Below are positions 9,235-16,355 of a stretch of 42,666 bases of DNA, piece after piece. The translations under genes were made by a program, and so were the position numbers. Under the pieces are notes generated by a model that ran no database searches, was not told the DNA's origin, and saw only the letters and a list, made by a program, of their open reading frames with translations. Numbering within the stretch: position 1 is the first letter of the stretch; each line of letters starts with the position of its first letter. The DNA comes from Patescibacteria group bacterium (GTDB taxonomy: Bacteria; Patescibacteriota; Kazan-3B-28; UBA10110): positions 1 through 42,666 of the forward strand of contig JBAZHL010000002.1 of assembly GCA_041652335.1 (NCBI GenBank). Direction: 5' to 3'.

Positions 9235-9263
9235 TTGGTGAGCCGGGGGTGCCAGTATATAAT
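9235..9263 (+). promoter_or_regulatory. candidate sigma70-type promoter for the tRNA cluster
   Basis: TTGGTG (9235..9240), 17-nt spacer, TATAAT (9258..9263), about 29 nt upstream of tRNA-Ser. Confidence 0.45.
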
Positions 9264-9291
9264 ATGGTAGTCCCACATTGAAAAATCTTAA

Positions 9292-9384
9292 GGTGAGGTA
9301 CCCAAGTGGCTGAAGGGGCTGGTTTGCTAAACCGGTAGAGGGGAGAAATCCCCTGCGAGGGTTCGAATCCCTCCCTCACCGCCA
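9292..9384 (+). tRNA. tRNA-Ser(GCU), CCA encoded
   Basis: Hand-folded. Acceptor GGTGAGG/CCTCACC, anticodon stem CTGGT/ACCGG with loop TTGCTAA, long variable arm, T-arm GAGGG-TTCGAAT-CCCTC, then G and CCA. Confidence 0.9.
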
Positions 9385-9387
9385 CGG

Positions 9388-9509
9388 TTTGGCGATCTTG
9401 CTTTGGCGAGATGGGCAGACCGTTGGTGAAGACGGACAGAGGGATGAGAGGTTTATACCCGACTTATAGAATATATATGGAAGGGTAAATCCCTCCCTCA
9501 CCGCCACGG
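9388..9509 (+). repeat. 100-bp insert followed by a 22-bp exact direct repeat of the tRNA-Ser(GCU) 3' end; carries a conserved core shared with 22397..22484
   Basis: AATCCCTCCCTCACCGCCACGG occurs at 9366..9387 and again at 9488..9509. The core 9439..9495 reads GAGGG-AT-GAGAGGTTTATACCCG-AC-TTATAGAATATATATGGAAGGGTAA-AT-CCCTC. Confidence 0.85.
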
Positions 9510-9597
9510 AGGCGTGGCCGAGTGGTTTATGGCGCTGGTCTTGAAAACCAGTTGGGATGCAAGTCCCTCACAGGTTCGAACCCTGTCGCCTCCGCCA
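9508..9597 (+). tRNA. tRNA-Ser(UGA), CCA encoded
   Basis: Acceptor GGAGGCG/CGCCTCC, anticodon loop CTTGAAA, long variable arm, T-arm ACAGG-TTCGAAC-CCTGT, then G and CCA. Confidence 0.9.
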
Positions 9598-9675
9598 ATT
9601 AATAATGTAGGTTCGATCCGCTGTCTGGCGGACTACTATCACAGATAATAGTTAGAGCATTTAATATCTATAGCC

Positions 9676-10164
9676 ATGGAAGAGGAAGTTAAAAAACCGA
9701 TTGAGATAGAGCCGATCGAATGGGAGGCGGAAAGTTTTGAGATCCATCGGCGAGGTTTGAGCTGGTATTTGATTATGGCAGCTGTGTTGGTGTTGGTGTT
9801 GATTTTTGCTATTTATACTCATCGCTGGTTACTGTCTGGGGTAGTGATAATGGTGGGGGTAGCATTATATTTATCCGGCAGGATGTCACCGGAGAAAGTT
9901 AATTGCCGAATAGATGGCCAGGGGTTAACGATAAGTGACAAGATGTTTACGTACGGTCAGATCAAAAGTTTCTGGATCTCCCAAACGGCGGGGGTCGCCA
10001 AGCTTAATGTAATTTCTACTCAGAGATTTATGCCAGTAACCTCTCTGATGTTACCGCAGGGTCTGGAAGAAAAGGTGCGAAAGGCGCTCAGCTCCAGGTT
10101 GCCTGAGTCGCCCAATCAAAAAGAAGATTGGATTGACAGGATCAATCGCATCCTGCGAATATAG
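9676..10164 (+). CDS. hypothetical two-TM membrane protein
   Basis: 162-aa ORF with two adjacent hydrophobic helices (WYLIMAAVLVLVLIFAIY, LLSGVVIMVGVALYL). tRNA-Arg starts 8 nt after its stop. Confidence 0.6.
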   Translation: MEEEVKKPIEIEPIEWEAESFEIHRRGLSWYLIMAAVLVLVLIFAIYTHRWLLSGVVIMVGVALYLSGRMSPEKVNCRIDGQGLTISDKMFTYGQIKSFWISQTAGVAKLNVISTQRFMPVTSLMLPQGLEEKVRKALSSRLPESPNQKEDWIDRINRILRI

Positions 10165-10171
10165 GTCTTAT

Positions 10172-10248
10172 GCGCCCGTAGCTCAGGGGATCAGAGCGAT
10201 CGGCTACGGACCGATAGGTCGGGGGTTCGAATCCCTCCGGGCGCACCA
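10172..10248 (+). tRNA. tRNA-Arg(ACG), CCA encoded
   Basis: Acceptor GCGCCCG/CGGGCGC, anticodon stem ATCGG/CCGAT with loop CTACGGA, T-arm GGGGG-TTCGAAT-CCCTC, then A and CCA. Confidence 0.9.
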
Positions 10249-10414
10249 AAAACTAACACTTATCTTTTGATGAGTGGTGGTTTTTTATTGAGCCAAGAAG
10301 GGATTCGAACCCAGTGAAAGGGGTCGGGGAAACGGGAGTTTCCCCGTAGTGGAAGAATCGAAACCGCAAGGTGTCGAGGAGGGGTGAGGCAGCCCGAACC
10401 CCGACGGGTTCCAT

Positions 10415-10432
10415 ATCCCTCCGGGCGCACCA
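10415..10432 (+). repeat. 18-bp exact direct repeat of the tRNA-Arg 3' end (second copy)
   Basis: ATCCCTCCGGGCGCACCA occurs at 10231..10248 inside the tRNA and again at 10415..10432, 166 nt downstream. Confidence 0.85.
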
Positions 10433-10581
10433 CGTCAGAACAACTACGCTCCTCGCGAACCGATGGAATCGGTTCGCTTGTGGTCCGCTTAGTTGTTCTT
10501 CCTTTCCAAATCATGAACGCCTCGAGGTTTGCACCTCGGGGCTATTGCATGATTTGGACTAAAAGCACCAACTGACGAAAC

Positions 10582-10607
10582 AAAAATCCCCCGGCTGGGG
10601 GATTTTT
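10582..10607 (-). terminator. bidirectional intrinsic terminator downstream of the pilin gene
   Basis: AAAAATCCCCC-GGCT-GGGGGATTTTT. A 7-bp GC-rich stem with an A-tract on one side and a T-tract on the other, 29 nt past the stop of 10636..10986. Confidence 0.75.
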
Positions 10608-10635
10608 GGATTGAAACTTGAATCTGCGCCGGTAA

Positions 10636-10986
10636 TTAGGAGGTAGTGGCGCCCAAGGTGGTGATAACCAGCTGAGCGATCAACGAGGCCAAAGCGACGA
10701 TGACTAACCCAGTAACTGCGTTAATGATCATCTGCTTAGCTTTCTCAGCACCTTTTTCTCCACCGGTGATGTACATAATGCCACCGTAGATCAGATAGAC
10801 AACAGCCAAGGCGCCAGCCAATCCCAGCAACCAGTTGCCAACCTTAACGATGATGCGAATGATGTCGGTATTGGCGCCGACCTGCCCAACTGCAGGAGCC
10901 TTAACTTGAGCGAAGACGGCTGCAGCCTGTCCAACGGTAGCCACTGTGGTGATAGCTACGCTGACAGCATGTTGAACTTTTCCCAT
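10636..10986 (-). CDS. VirB2/TrbC-like T4SS pilin (CPR-type T4SS pilin family)
   Basis: 116 aa. Signal-like N-terminus, then two hydrophobic helices around LAVVYLIYGGIMYITGGEKGAEKAKQMIINAVTGLVIVALASLI, the characteristic pilin core. Confidence 0.65.
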   Translation of the reverse strand: MGKVQHAVSVAITTVATVGQAAAVFAQVKAPAVGQVGANTDIIRIIVKVGNWLLGLAGALAVVYLIYGGIMYITGGEKGAEKAKQMIINAVTGLVIVALASLIAQLVITTLGATTS

Positions 10987-11058
10987 AAGTTACCCCTTTC
11001 TTAATAAAATAAATTAAAGTAATAACATTGTATCAGGAAAACGGTCTATCGAGTAGTT

Positions 11059-11301
11059 TTAGGTTAATAGAGTATTGTTGACCAGAGCGATCAATAATGA
11101 AGCCACAAACATTATTACTAAGCCAACGATGGCGGCAATAATGATTTTTTTACCACTCTCAGCATTCCCTTGCATATATTGAAAACCTCCCCAGATCAGT
11201 GCCAACACTACTAAAGCTCCACCGGCAGGGAGAAGTAGGGTATTGGCCACCTGTTCGGCCACGACCCTTAAGCGATCTACGAGGTTTAAGATAGTTTCCA
11301 T
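11059..11301 (-). CDS. second VirB2/TrbC-like pilin paralog
   Basis: Start trimmed to the internal ATG (METILNLVDRL...). ALVVLALIWGGFQYMQGNAESGKKIIIAAIVGLVIMFVASLL has the same core as the neighbouring pilin. The ATG overlaps the upstream SBP stop as TAATG. Confidence 0.6.
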   Translation of the reverse strand: METILNLVDRLRVVAEQVANTLLLPAGGALVVLALIWGGFQYMQGNAESGKKIIIAAIVGLVIMFVASLLIALVNNTLLT

Positions 11302-12641
11302 TAGTCCTGGGCAAGTTGGTTGATGTCTCTGGCGGCAGTGTCGATGGCGGTTGAAACTGCCACTCCGTCGTGCAAGACACTGGTAACCATGCGACCGAAG
11401 ATCGCCTCTACCTCTGGGGAATTGTGGCGATACCAAGATGTACTGTTGGCGGCCTGGCTGGCTACTGGGCCGTAGTACTGCCGGTCGACATACGCGTCGT
11501 TACTTTCTTTGGTGGCCGGGACGCGTTTGCTGGCCGACGAGTATTTGCCTTGGTTCTTGATAACAAATTTGATAAAGTCCCAAGCCTCATTTGGATGCGC
11601 GCAATTCTTAGACACTGTTTCACCCCAGTAGTTGGCAACTGTTAATGGTTCGCCCTGTCGCAATTGAGGTAGGGATGTTGTCTCAAATGTCAGGTTGGGG
11701 GCAAACTTTCTAATATTAGCGACTTGGTAGGAGTAGCCAATCATCATGGCCGCTTTGCCTTCCATAAATGCTTGGACATCCATGGGGAATTTAAGTGATC
11801 CGTCGTTATTCTTGGCGTCGGTGTAGGTGTAAACTGACGAACTGGGGTTGGCAAAGTCGGTATAGAATTTTAGCGCCTCTCGCCCAGAGAAATAAGCGGG
11901 ATCCGAATTGGGAGCGGACAGATCGAAGGTGGCCTTAGTGTGATCGGTGGTAGTCATCTCGCCGCCGTACTGCATAATTAGAGCGGCCAAGATCTCGGCA
12001 AAACGAGGAATACTATCGGCGGCGGTGCCCAACGGGATAGCGGATTGTTTAATGGTGTCGCCGCTGCCGTATTTGGTGAGTTTGGGTACCAGATCGACTA
12101 CCTCCTGCCAAGTCTTGGGCGGTTGCTTGATATTTAACTCGTCAAAGATATTGGTGTTGTAAAAAAGCATTAGGTTATCCAAATAGTAGGGAATGGCGTA
12201 GATGCGGTTGGCATCCACAAAATCGTTAACCACTACCGGATAAAATGTCTCCGAGTAGGTTTGGGTGCTCATCATCTCCGCTGGCATCGGGCTGATGTGG
12301 TTTTTGTTGTATGGTAGCCAGTCGTTGTGGATCATAAACATGTCTGGTCCATTTCCGTCCGCAACCTGCTTGATCAGATCTGCCTGATAATCGTAGACGG
12401 TCTCGCCTGGTTTAAGGCTAACCTTGCGAACGACTACGGTAATGTTGGGGTGATCCTCCTGGTAGAGTTTAACGATCTCGTCCAGGGCGGTGCTCTCATC
12501 AAACAGGCGATCGTACTGTAGTACGATCGGGGTAGTTTGATCGATCACCACGTTATTGGCGGTTCGATTAAAACAACCGGCAGCTCCCAAGACTAAGATC
12601 AACATCAAAGATAATGGCAGATACGATCGGATCTTTTTCAT
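11301..12641 (-). CDS. ABC-transporter extracellular solute-binding lipoprotein (sugar-type, family 1)
   Basis: 446 aa. Lipobox LVLGAAGC. Overall length and composition typical of sugar SBPs. No permease or ATPase gene is adjacent. Confidence 0.75.
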   Translation of the reverse strand: MKKIRSYLPLSLMLILVLGAAGCFNRTANNVVIDQTTPIVLQYDRLFDESTALDEIVKLYQEDHPNITVVVRKVSLKPGETVYDYQADLIKQVADGNGPDMFMIHNDWLPYNKNHISPMPAEMMSTQTYSETFYPVVVNDFVDANRIYAIPYYLDNLMLFYNTNIFDELNIKQPPKTWQEVVDLVPKLTKYGSGDTIKQSAIPLGTAADSIPRFAEILAALIMQYGGEMTTTDHTKATFDLSAPNSDPAYFSGREALKFYTDFANPSSSVYTYTDAKNNDGSLKFPMDVQAFMEGKAAMMIGYSYQVANIRKFAPNLTFETTSLPQLRQGEPLTVANYWGETVSKNCAHPNEAWDFIKFVIKNQGKYSSASKRVPATKESNDAYVDRQYYGPVASQAANSTSWYRHNSPEVEAIFGRMVTSVLHDGVAVSTAIDTAARDINQLAQD

Positions 12642-13498
12642 AATTTTTTAGTGAATTCTTTTAATTCTTTTTTTAGATCGGGATGATCGACACTATATGC
12701 CAACAGGGTGCGGAAGTAATTTGTGGGATCACCTGTAGTATACCATCGGCCGCTTTTAATTTGACGTACTCGTCCCGGATATTTCTTTAACATAGCGGCG
12801 ATACCGTCCGCTAACCAAATCTCACCGCCTTTACCAACTGCAGTTTTTTTAAGATAGCCGAAGATCTCTGGAGTAAGTAGGTAACGACCAAAGCTGACTA
12901 AGTTAGATTTAGTCTCCTTGGGGGATGGTTTTTCCATCAGTTTGGTAATCCAGCCTTTTGAATCAAGTTCAACCACGCCGTACTTGTGTACCTCGCTCAT
13001 AGGCATTGGCTGAACGCCTAAAATAGAGCAACCATATTGGTTGTACTCATCAATCATCTGTTGGCTAAAGGATGGTTGGCCAGGCTTGATCTTAACCAAA
13101 TCGTCGCCGAAGGCTAACACAAACGGTTCGTTACCGATGGCGCTTTCGGCGGAGATCACAGCGGCACCGTTACCATACCCGCCCCTCTGTCGAACGTAGA
13201 TAAAATTAGCTAATTTATCTATTTTTCGCAGTTCCTTTAATAAGGCTACCTTGCCCGCAGCTTCTAAATGATCCTCTACCTCATAGGCGCGATCAAAATG
13301 GTCTTCGACTGCTCGCTTTTGAGCGCTCGTGATCAATACAATGTCGGTAATGCCGGCGGCTACCATCTCCTCGACAATATATTGGATGATCGGCTTATCG
13401 ACGACTGGCAGCATCTCTTTGGGGATAGTTTTAGTGACAGGCAAAAACCTGGTTCCAAACCCAGCGATAGCAATAACCCCCTTGGTAATTTTTTTCAT
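12638..13498 (-). CDS. galU: UTP--glucose-1-phosphate uridylyltransferase
   Basis: N-terminal AGFGTRFLPVTKTIPKEMLPVVDKPIIQYIVEE signature. ATGA overlaps with both neighbouring genes. Confidence 0.9.
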   Translation of the reverse strand: MKKITKGVIAIAGFGTRFLPVTKTIPKEMLPVVDKPIIQYIVEEMVAAGITDIVLITSAQKRAVEDHFDRAYEVEDHLEAAGKVALLKELRKIDKLANFIYVRQRGGYGNGAAVISAESAIGNEPFVLAFGDDLVKIKPGQPSFSQQMIDEYNQYGCSILGVQPMPMSEVHKYGVVELDSKGWITKLMEKPSPKETKSNLVSFGRYLLTPEIFGYLKKTAVGKGGEIWLADGIAAMLKKYPGRVRQIKSGRWYTTGDPTNYFRTLLAYSVDHPDLKKELKEFTKKL

Positions 13499-13932
13499 CG
13501 TATTTTAATTACTTTAGTTCGACTGGTTGATCTAATTATAGGTAAGGTAATGGTTAGGATCCCATCTTTGAGTGATGCTTGGATATCATCGGCGTCCACG
13601 GATAGGGGCAGATGAACCTCTCTGGCGATCGGCCCCCAGTGACACTCTTTAGTATAGTAGGTGTCCATTCGGTTGGTGGGCGGGGTGGAGCCTTTGTGAA
13701 TAAATAGGATATCTTGATTGACCGTGATGCTAACGTCTTCTGCCGTGGCTCCCACGATCGGAGCCATAATTATTAAGTTTTGGCCTCGACGCGACAGATC
13801 AATGGGTAGCTCTAATTCTTCACTGATCTCTGGCTCTTCTATTTCGGCTTCCTCTAAACTGGCCGGTAATCGGCGGTTGGTTTGACGGGTAAAGATTTGA
13901 ACAGAATTACCGATCTTCATCTGTACTACCAT
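13495..13932 (-). CDS. Hsp20/alpha-crystallin family small heat-shock protein
   Basis: 145 aa. C-terminal alpha-crystallin-like segment (HLPLSVDADDIQASLKDGILTITLP). Confidence 0.75.
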   Translation of the reverse strand: MVVQMKIGNSVQIFTRQTNRRLPASLEEAEIEEPEISEELELPIDLSRRGQNLIIMAPIVGATAEDVSITVNQDILFIHKGSTPPTNRMDTYYTKECHWGPIAREVHLPLSVDADDIQASLKDGILTITLPIIRSTSRTKVIKIR

Positions 13933-13976
13933 TATATATAAGGGGTAGCATTTTGGTAATTTAAGCGGATTAATCT

Positions 13977-16355
13977 ATGATGGATTACAGAGAGAGAATT
14001 AGATTAGTTAGGATGAGATATTCACAAATTCCGGGGATATTTTTGTTGGCCTTAGCGTTAGGGGTGAGCTTGCCTCAACCGGTAGTGGCTGCCTCTGACT
14101 ATTCTGCCCAATGGGTGGCTCAGGCTGAGAAGGTTAGTCTAAAAACTGGAGAGACCCAGCAAGTTTGGATAGAGATCAAGAACGTGGGTGCCAGCACTTG
14201 GAAGAATTATGGCGACAATGCCGTAAAGGTTGGTACGGTGCGTAAACGGGACCGGCAAAGTAATCTAAGATCCACTACCTGGTTGAGCGGTAATCGAGTA
14301 GCCAGTATGTCCGAGGCCGAAGTGGCTCCGGGTGGAGTGGGTCGATTCGTTTTTGATATCACGTTAGGTACTAATACCTCTGGTAACTACCGAGAATATT
14401 TTGGGTTAGTGGCGGAAGGGTTAGCTTGGTTTGAGGGGTTTGAGTTTTATATTGATGTTAATGCCACCTCAGCGACCATCACTGGCGAACTAACTTCCAC
14501 TCTGACGCCGGTGGTTATGAAGGTGGGTGAGACCCAGTTGGTTAACGTACAGGTTAAGAATACCGGCGATTTAACCTGGTTAAGTAGTGGGGCTACTGCC
14601 GCGAAAGTGGGCACTGCCAAATTGTTTGATAGAAAGAGTTCGTTTAAATCTGGCAGTTGGCTGAGTGATAATCGGGCGGCCACGGTAGCATCTTCGGTGG
14701 CACCGGGCGAGGTGGGTGAGTTTAGCTTTACGATCAGTGCTCCGAACAAGCCCGGTAAATATTTAGAAAATTTTGCCATAGTGGTGGAGGGGTTGGCCTG
14801 GGTTCCAAAAACTAATTTTGTAGTTGATATAACAGTTCAACCAGCGATCTATTCGGTGGGGTTTGTCCGACAATCAGAGCCGGTATCGCTAACACCAGGA
14901 GCTGAAGCGGCGATGTGGGTAGAGTTGGTGAACAAAGGCAATACCACCTGGAGGGCCACCGGCGATAATGCTACTAAATTAGGAACTGCCAGGGTTTTAG
15001 ATCGCGAAAGTTTGTTTTATCACTCCAGCTGGTTAAATAAAAATCGGGTAGTGGCGGTGGAAAAAGATACCGCTCCCGGTGAGGTGGGTAGGTTTAGCTT
15101 CACCATCCGCGCCCCCGAACAGGTTGGTGCTTACAAGGAATATTTTAGACCAGTGGTTGAAAATGTAACTTGGATGGAGGATTTAGGGATCTACTGGGAT
15201 ATTACAGTAAACGAGGAGTTAAAATTGGTGCGACCAATCCGAGTTGGCCTAAGCTCAACCACTAATAATATGACCATCAGCAGCAGTGGGGGGATGGTGA
15301 TCAGGCAGGGCGATAGCCGCGGGTTGGTGGAGAGAATAGCTGGCAATCAGTTGGTGGTGGTCACGGCTATTAGCGGTGGCTATTCGATCAACATTAATGG
15401 GTCAGCTCGTTCGATTGATGATTATCTGCGGTTTATCCCACTCAAGAACTCTATTATCACAGTTAGTAATGATGGAATTAGCAGTAGCTATAATCGATTC
15501 CGAGGGATTATGACCGTTCGTCGATCGAGCTATAGCGGTAACGTTTGGATGGTTAACGAGTTGGAGTTAGAGGATTACCTCAGGGGGTTAGCGGAGGTAC
15601 CAGAGAGTTGGCCGATGGAGGCCAGAAAAGCGCAAGTGATTGCGGCACGCACGTTTGCCGTACGGAGGATAAATGATCCCAAGGCCGATATCTTTGATAT
15701 CTACGATGACACTCGTGATCAAGTTTATTATGGCTTTAATCATGAAACTAATCGTCCCGGCATCTCGCAGGCGGTGGATGCGACCACCAGCTTATTGGTA
15801 CTGTATGGTGGCCAGCCAGCTTTAACTTACTATCATTCCGATAGTGGAGGAGCGACTGAGGGAGTAGAAAATGTCTGGAGTAGCGGCAACGCGGCTAAGG
15901 CTATCCCGTATCTGGTGGGAGTGGCTGATCCGTACTCTAAGCCGGTAACTTGGGAGGCGACCTTATCGCAAGGATATGTTCAAAATCGATTCAGTGATCA
16001 GTTGACTAAGGCGGGAGCCGCTGCCGGCGAGACGATCGCCAGTATGATGATTGATGATCGTTACCCGTCGGGTCGGTTGCGGAACATTAGTTTGATTACC
16101 AGTACGGGCAAGCGGGCGACGATGGATCTTAACACCTTTGATTATCTAACCGATAGCAACTATGTTAAGAGCATGAACTTTACCATCATCGCTACCGGAT
16201 CCAACAACGCACCAGACTTTATCTTAAGTGGTAAAGGCAACGGTCACGGAGTGGGGTTATCCCAATGGAGCTCTTATAATATGGCGTCAGCCGGACAGAC
16301 CGCTGAGCAGATTCTAAAATATTTTTATACGGGTGTAAGTGTGGGAACAGCTTAG
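13977..16355 (+). CDS. secreted SpoIID/LytB-domain protein with three N-terminal Ig-like (NBR1-type) repeats
   Basis: Signal sequence. Three ~120-aa repeats share W..G....KVGT....DR.S......WLS.NR......V.PGEVG.F.F. The C-terminus carries SpoIID motifs YYHSDSGGATE and GHGVGLSQW. Confidence 0.8.
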   Translation: MMDYRERIRLVRMRYSQIPGIFLLALALGVSLPQPVVAASDYSAQWVAQAEKVSLKTGETQQVWIEIKNVGASTWKNYGDNAVKVGTVRKRDRQSNLRSTTWLSGNRVASMSEAEVAPGGVGRFVFDITLGTNTSGNYREYFGLVAEGLAWFEGFEFYIDVNATSATITGELTSTLTPVVMKVGETQLVNVQVKNTGDLTWLSSGATAAKVGTAKLFDRKSSFKSGSWLSDNRAATVASSVAPGEVGEFSFTISAPNKPGKYLENFAIVVEGLAWVPKTNFVVDITVQPAIYSVGFVRQSEPVSLTPGAEAAMWVELVNKGNTTWRATGDNATKLGTARVLDRESLFYHSSWLNKNRVVAVEKDTAPGEVGRFSFTIRAPEQVGAYKEYFRPVVENVTWMEDLGIYWDITVNEELKLVRPIRVGLSSTTNNMTISSSGGMVIRQGDSRGLVERIAGNQLVVVTAISGGYSININGSARSIDDYLRFIPLKNSIITVSNDGISSSYNRFRGIMTVRRSSYSGNVWMVNELELEDYLRGLAEVPESWPMEARKAQVIAARTFAVRRINDPKADIFDIYDDTRDQVYYGFNHETNRPGISQAVDATTSLLVLYGGQPALTYYHSDSGGATEGVENVWSSGNAAKAIPYLVGVADPYSKPVTWEATLSQGYVQNRFSDQLTKAGAAAGETIASMMIDDRYPSGRLRNISLITSTGKRATMDLNTFDYLTDSNYVKSMNFTIIATGSNNAPDFILSGKGNGHGVGLSQWSSYNMASAGQTAEQILKYFYTGVSVGTA

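Noticed and set aside
9439-9506. Hammerhead ribozyme, suggested by the GAUGAG in the conserved core
   Set aside because: The obligatory CUGA-N-GA context and the GAAA core strand are missing in both the 9439 and 22397 copies. The tRNA-Arg spacer has UGAUGAG and CGAAAC but lacks C3 and proper stems.
10260-10575. 84-aa (-) and two 63-aa (+) ORFs
   Set aside because: They overlap one another and the hairpin-rich region. Their translations are Arg/Pro/Ser-rich with no start context.
10249-10581. tmRNA, RNase P RNA, SRP RNA or 6S RNA
   Set aside because: There is no GGAAAGUCC-type P4 motif and no GGAA-tetraloop/AGCA SRP domain IV motif. There is no tmRNA 5' GGGG acceptor strand complementary to the 3' copy, because the 3' copy is complementary only to tRNA-Arg itself. 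This was checked by eye only, so an Infernal scan is still worthwhile.
11302-11436. N-terminal 45 codons of the 125-aa version of the second pilin ORF
   Set aside because: This part overlaps the SBP gene in another frame and translates to an Arg/His/Cys-rich sequence. The internal ATG at 11301 gives a normal pilin and a TAATG coupling.
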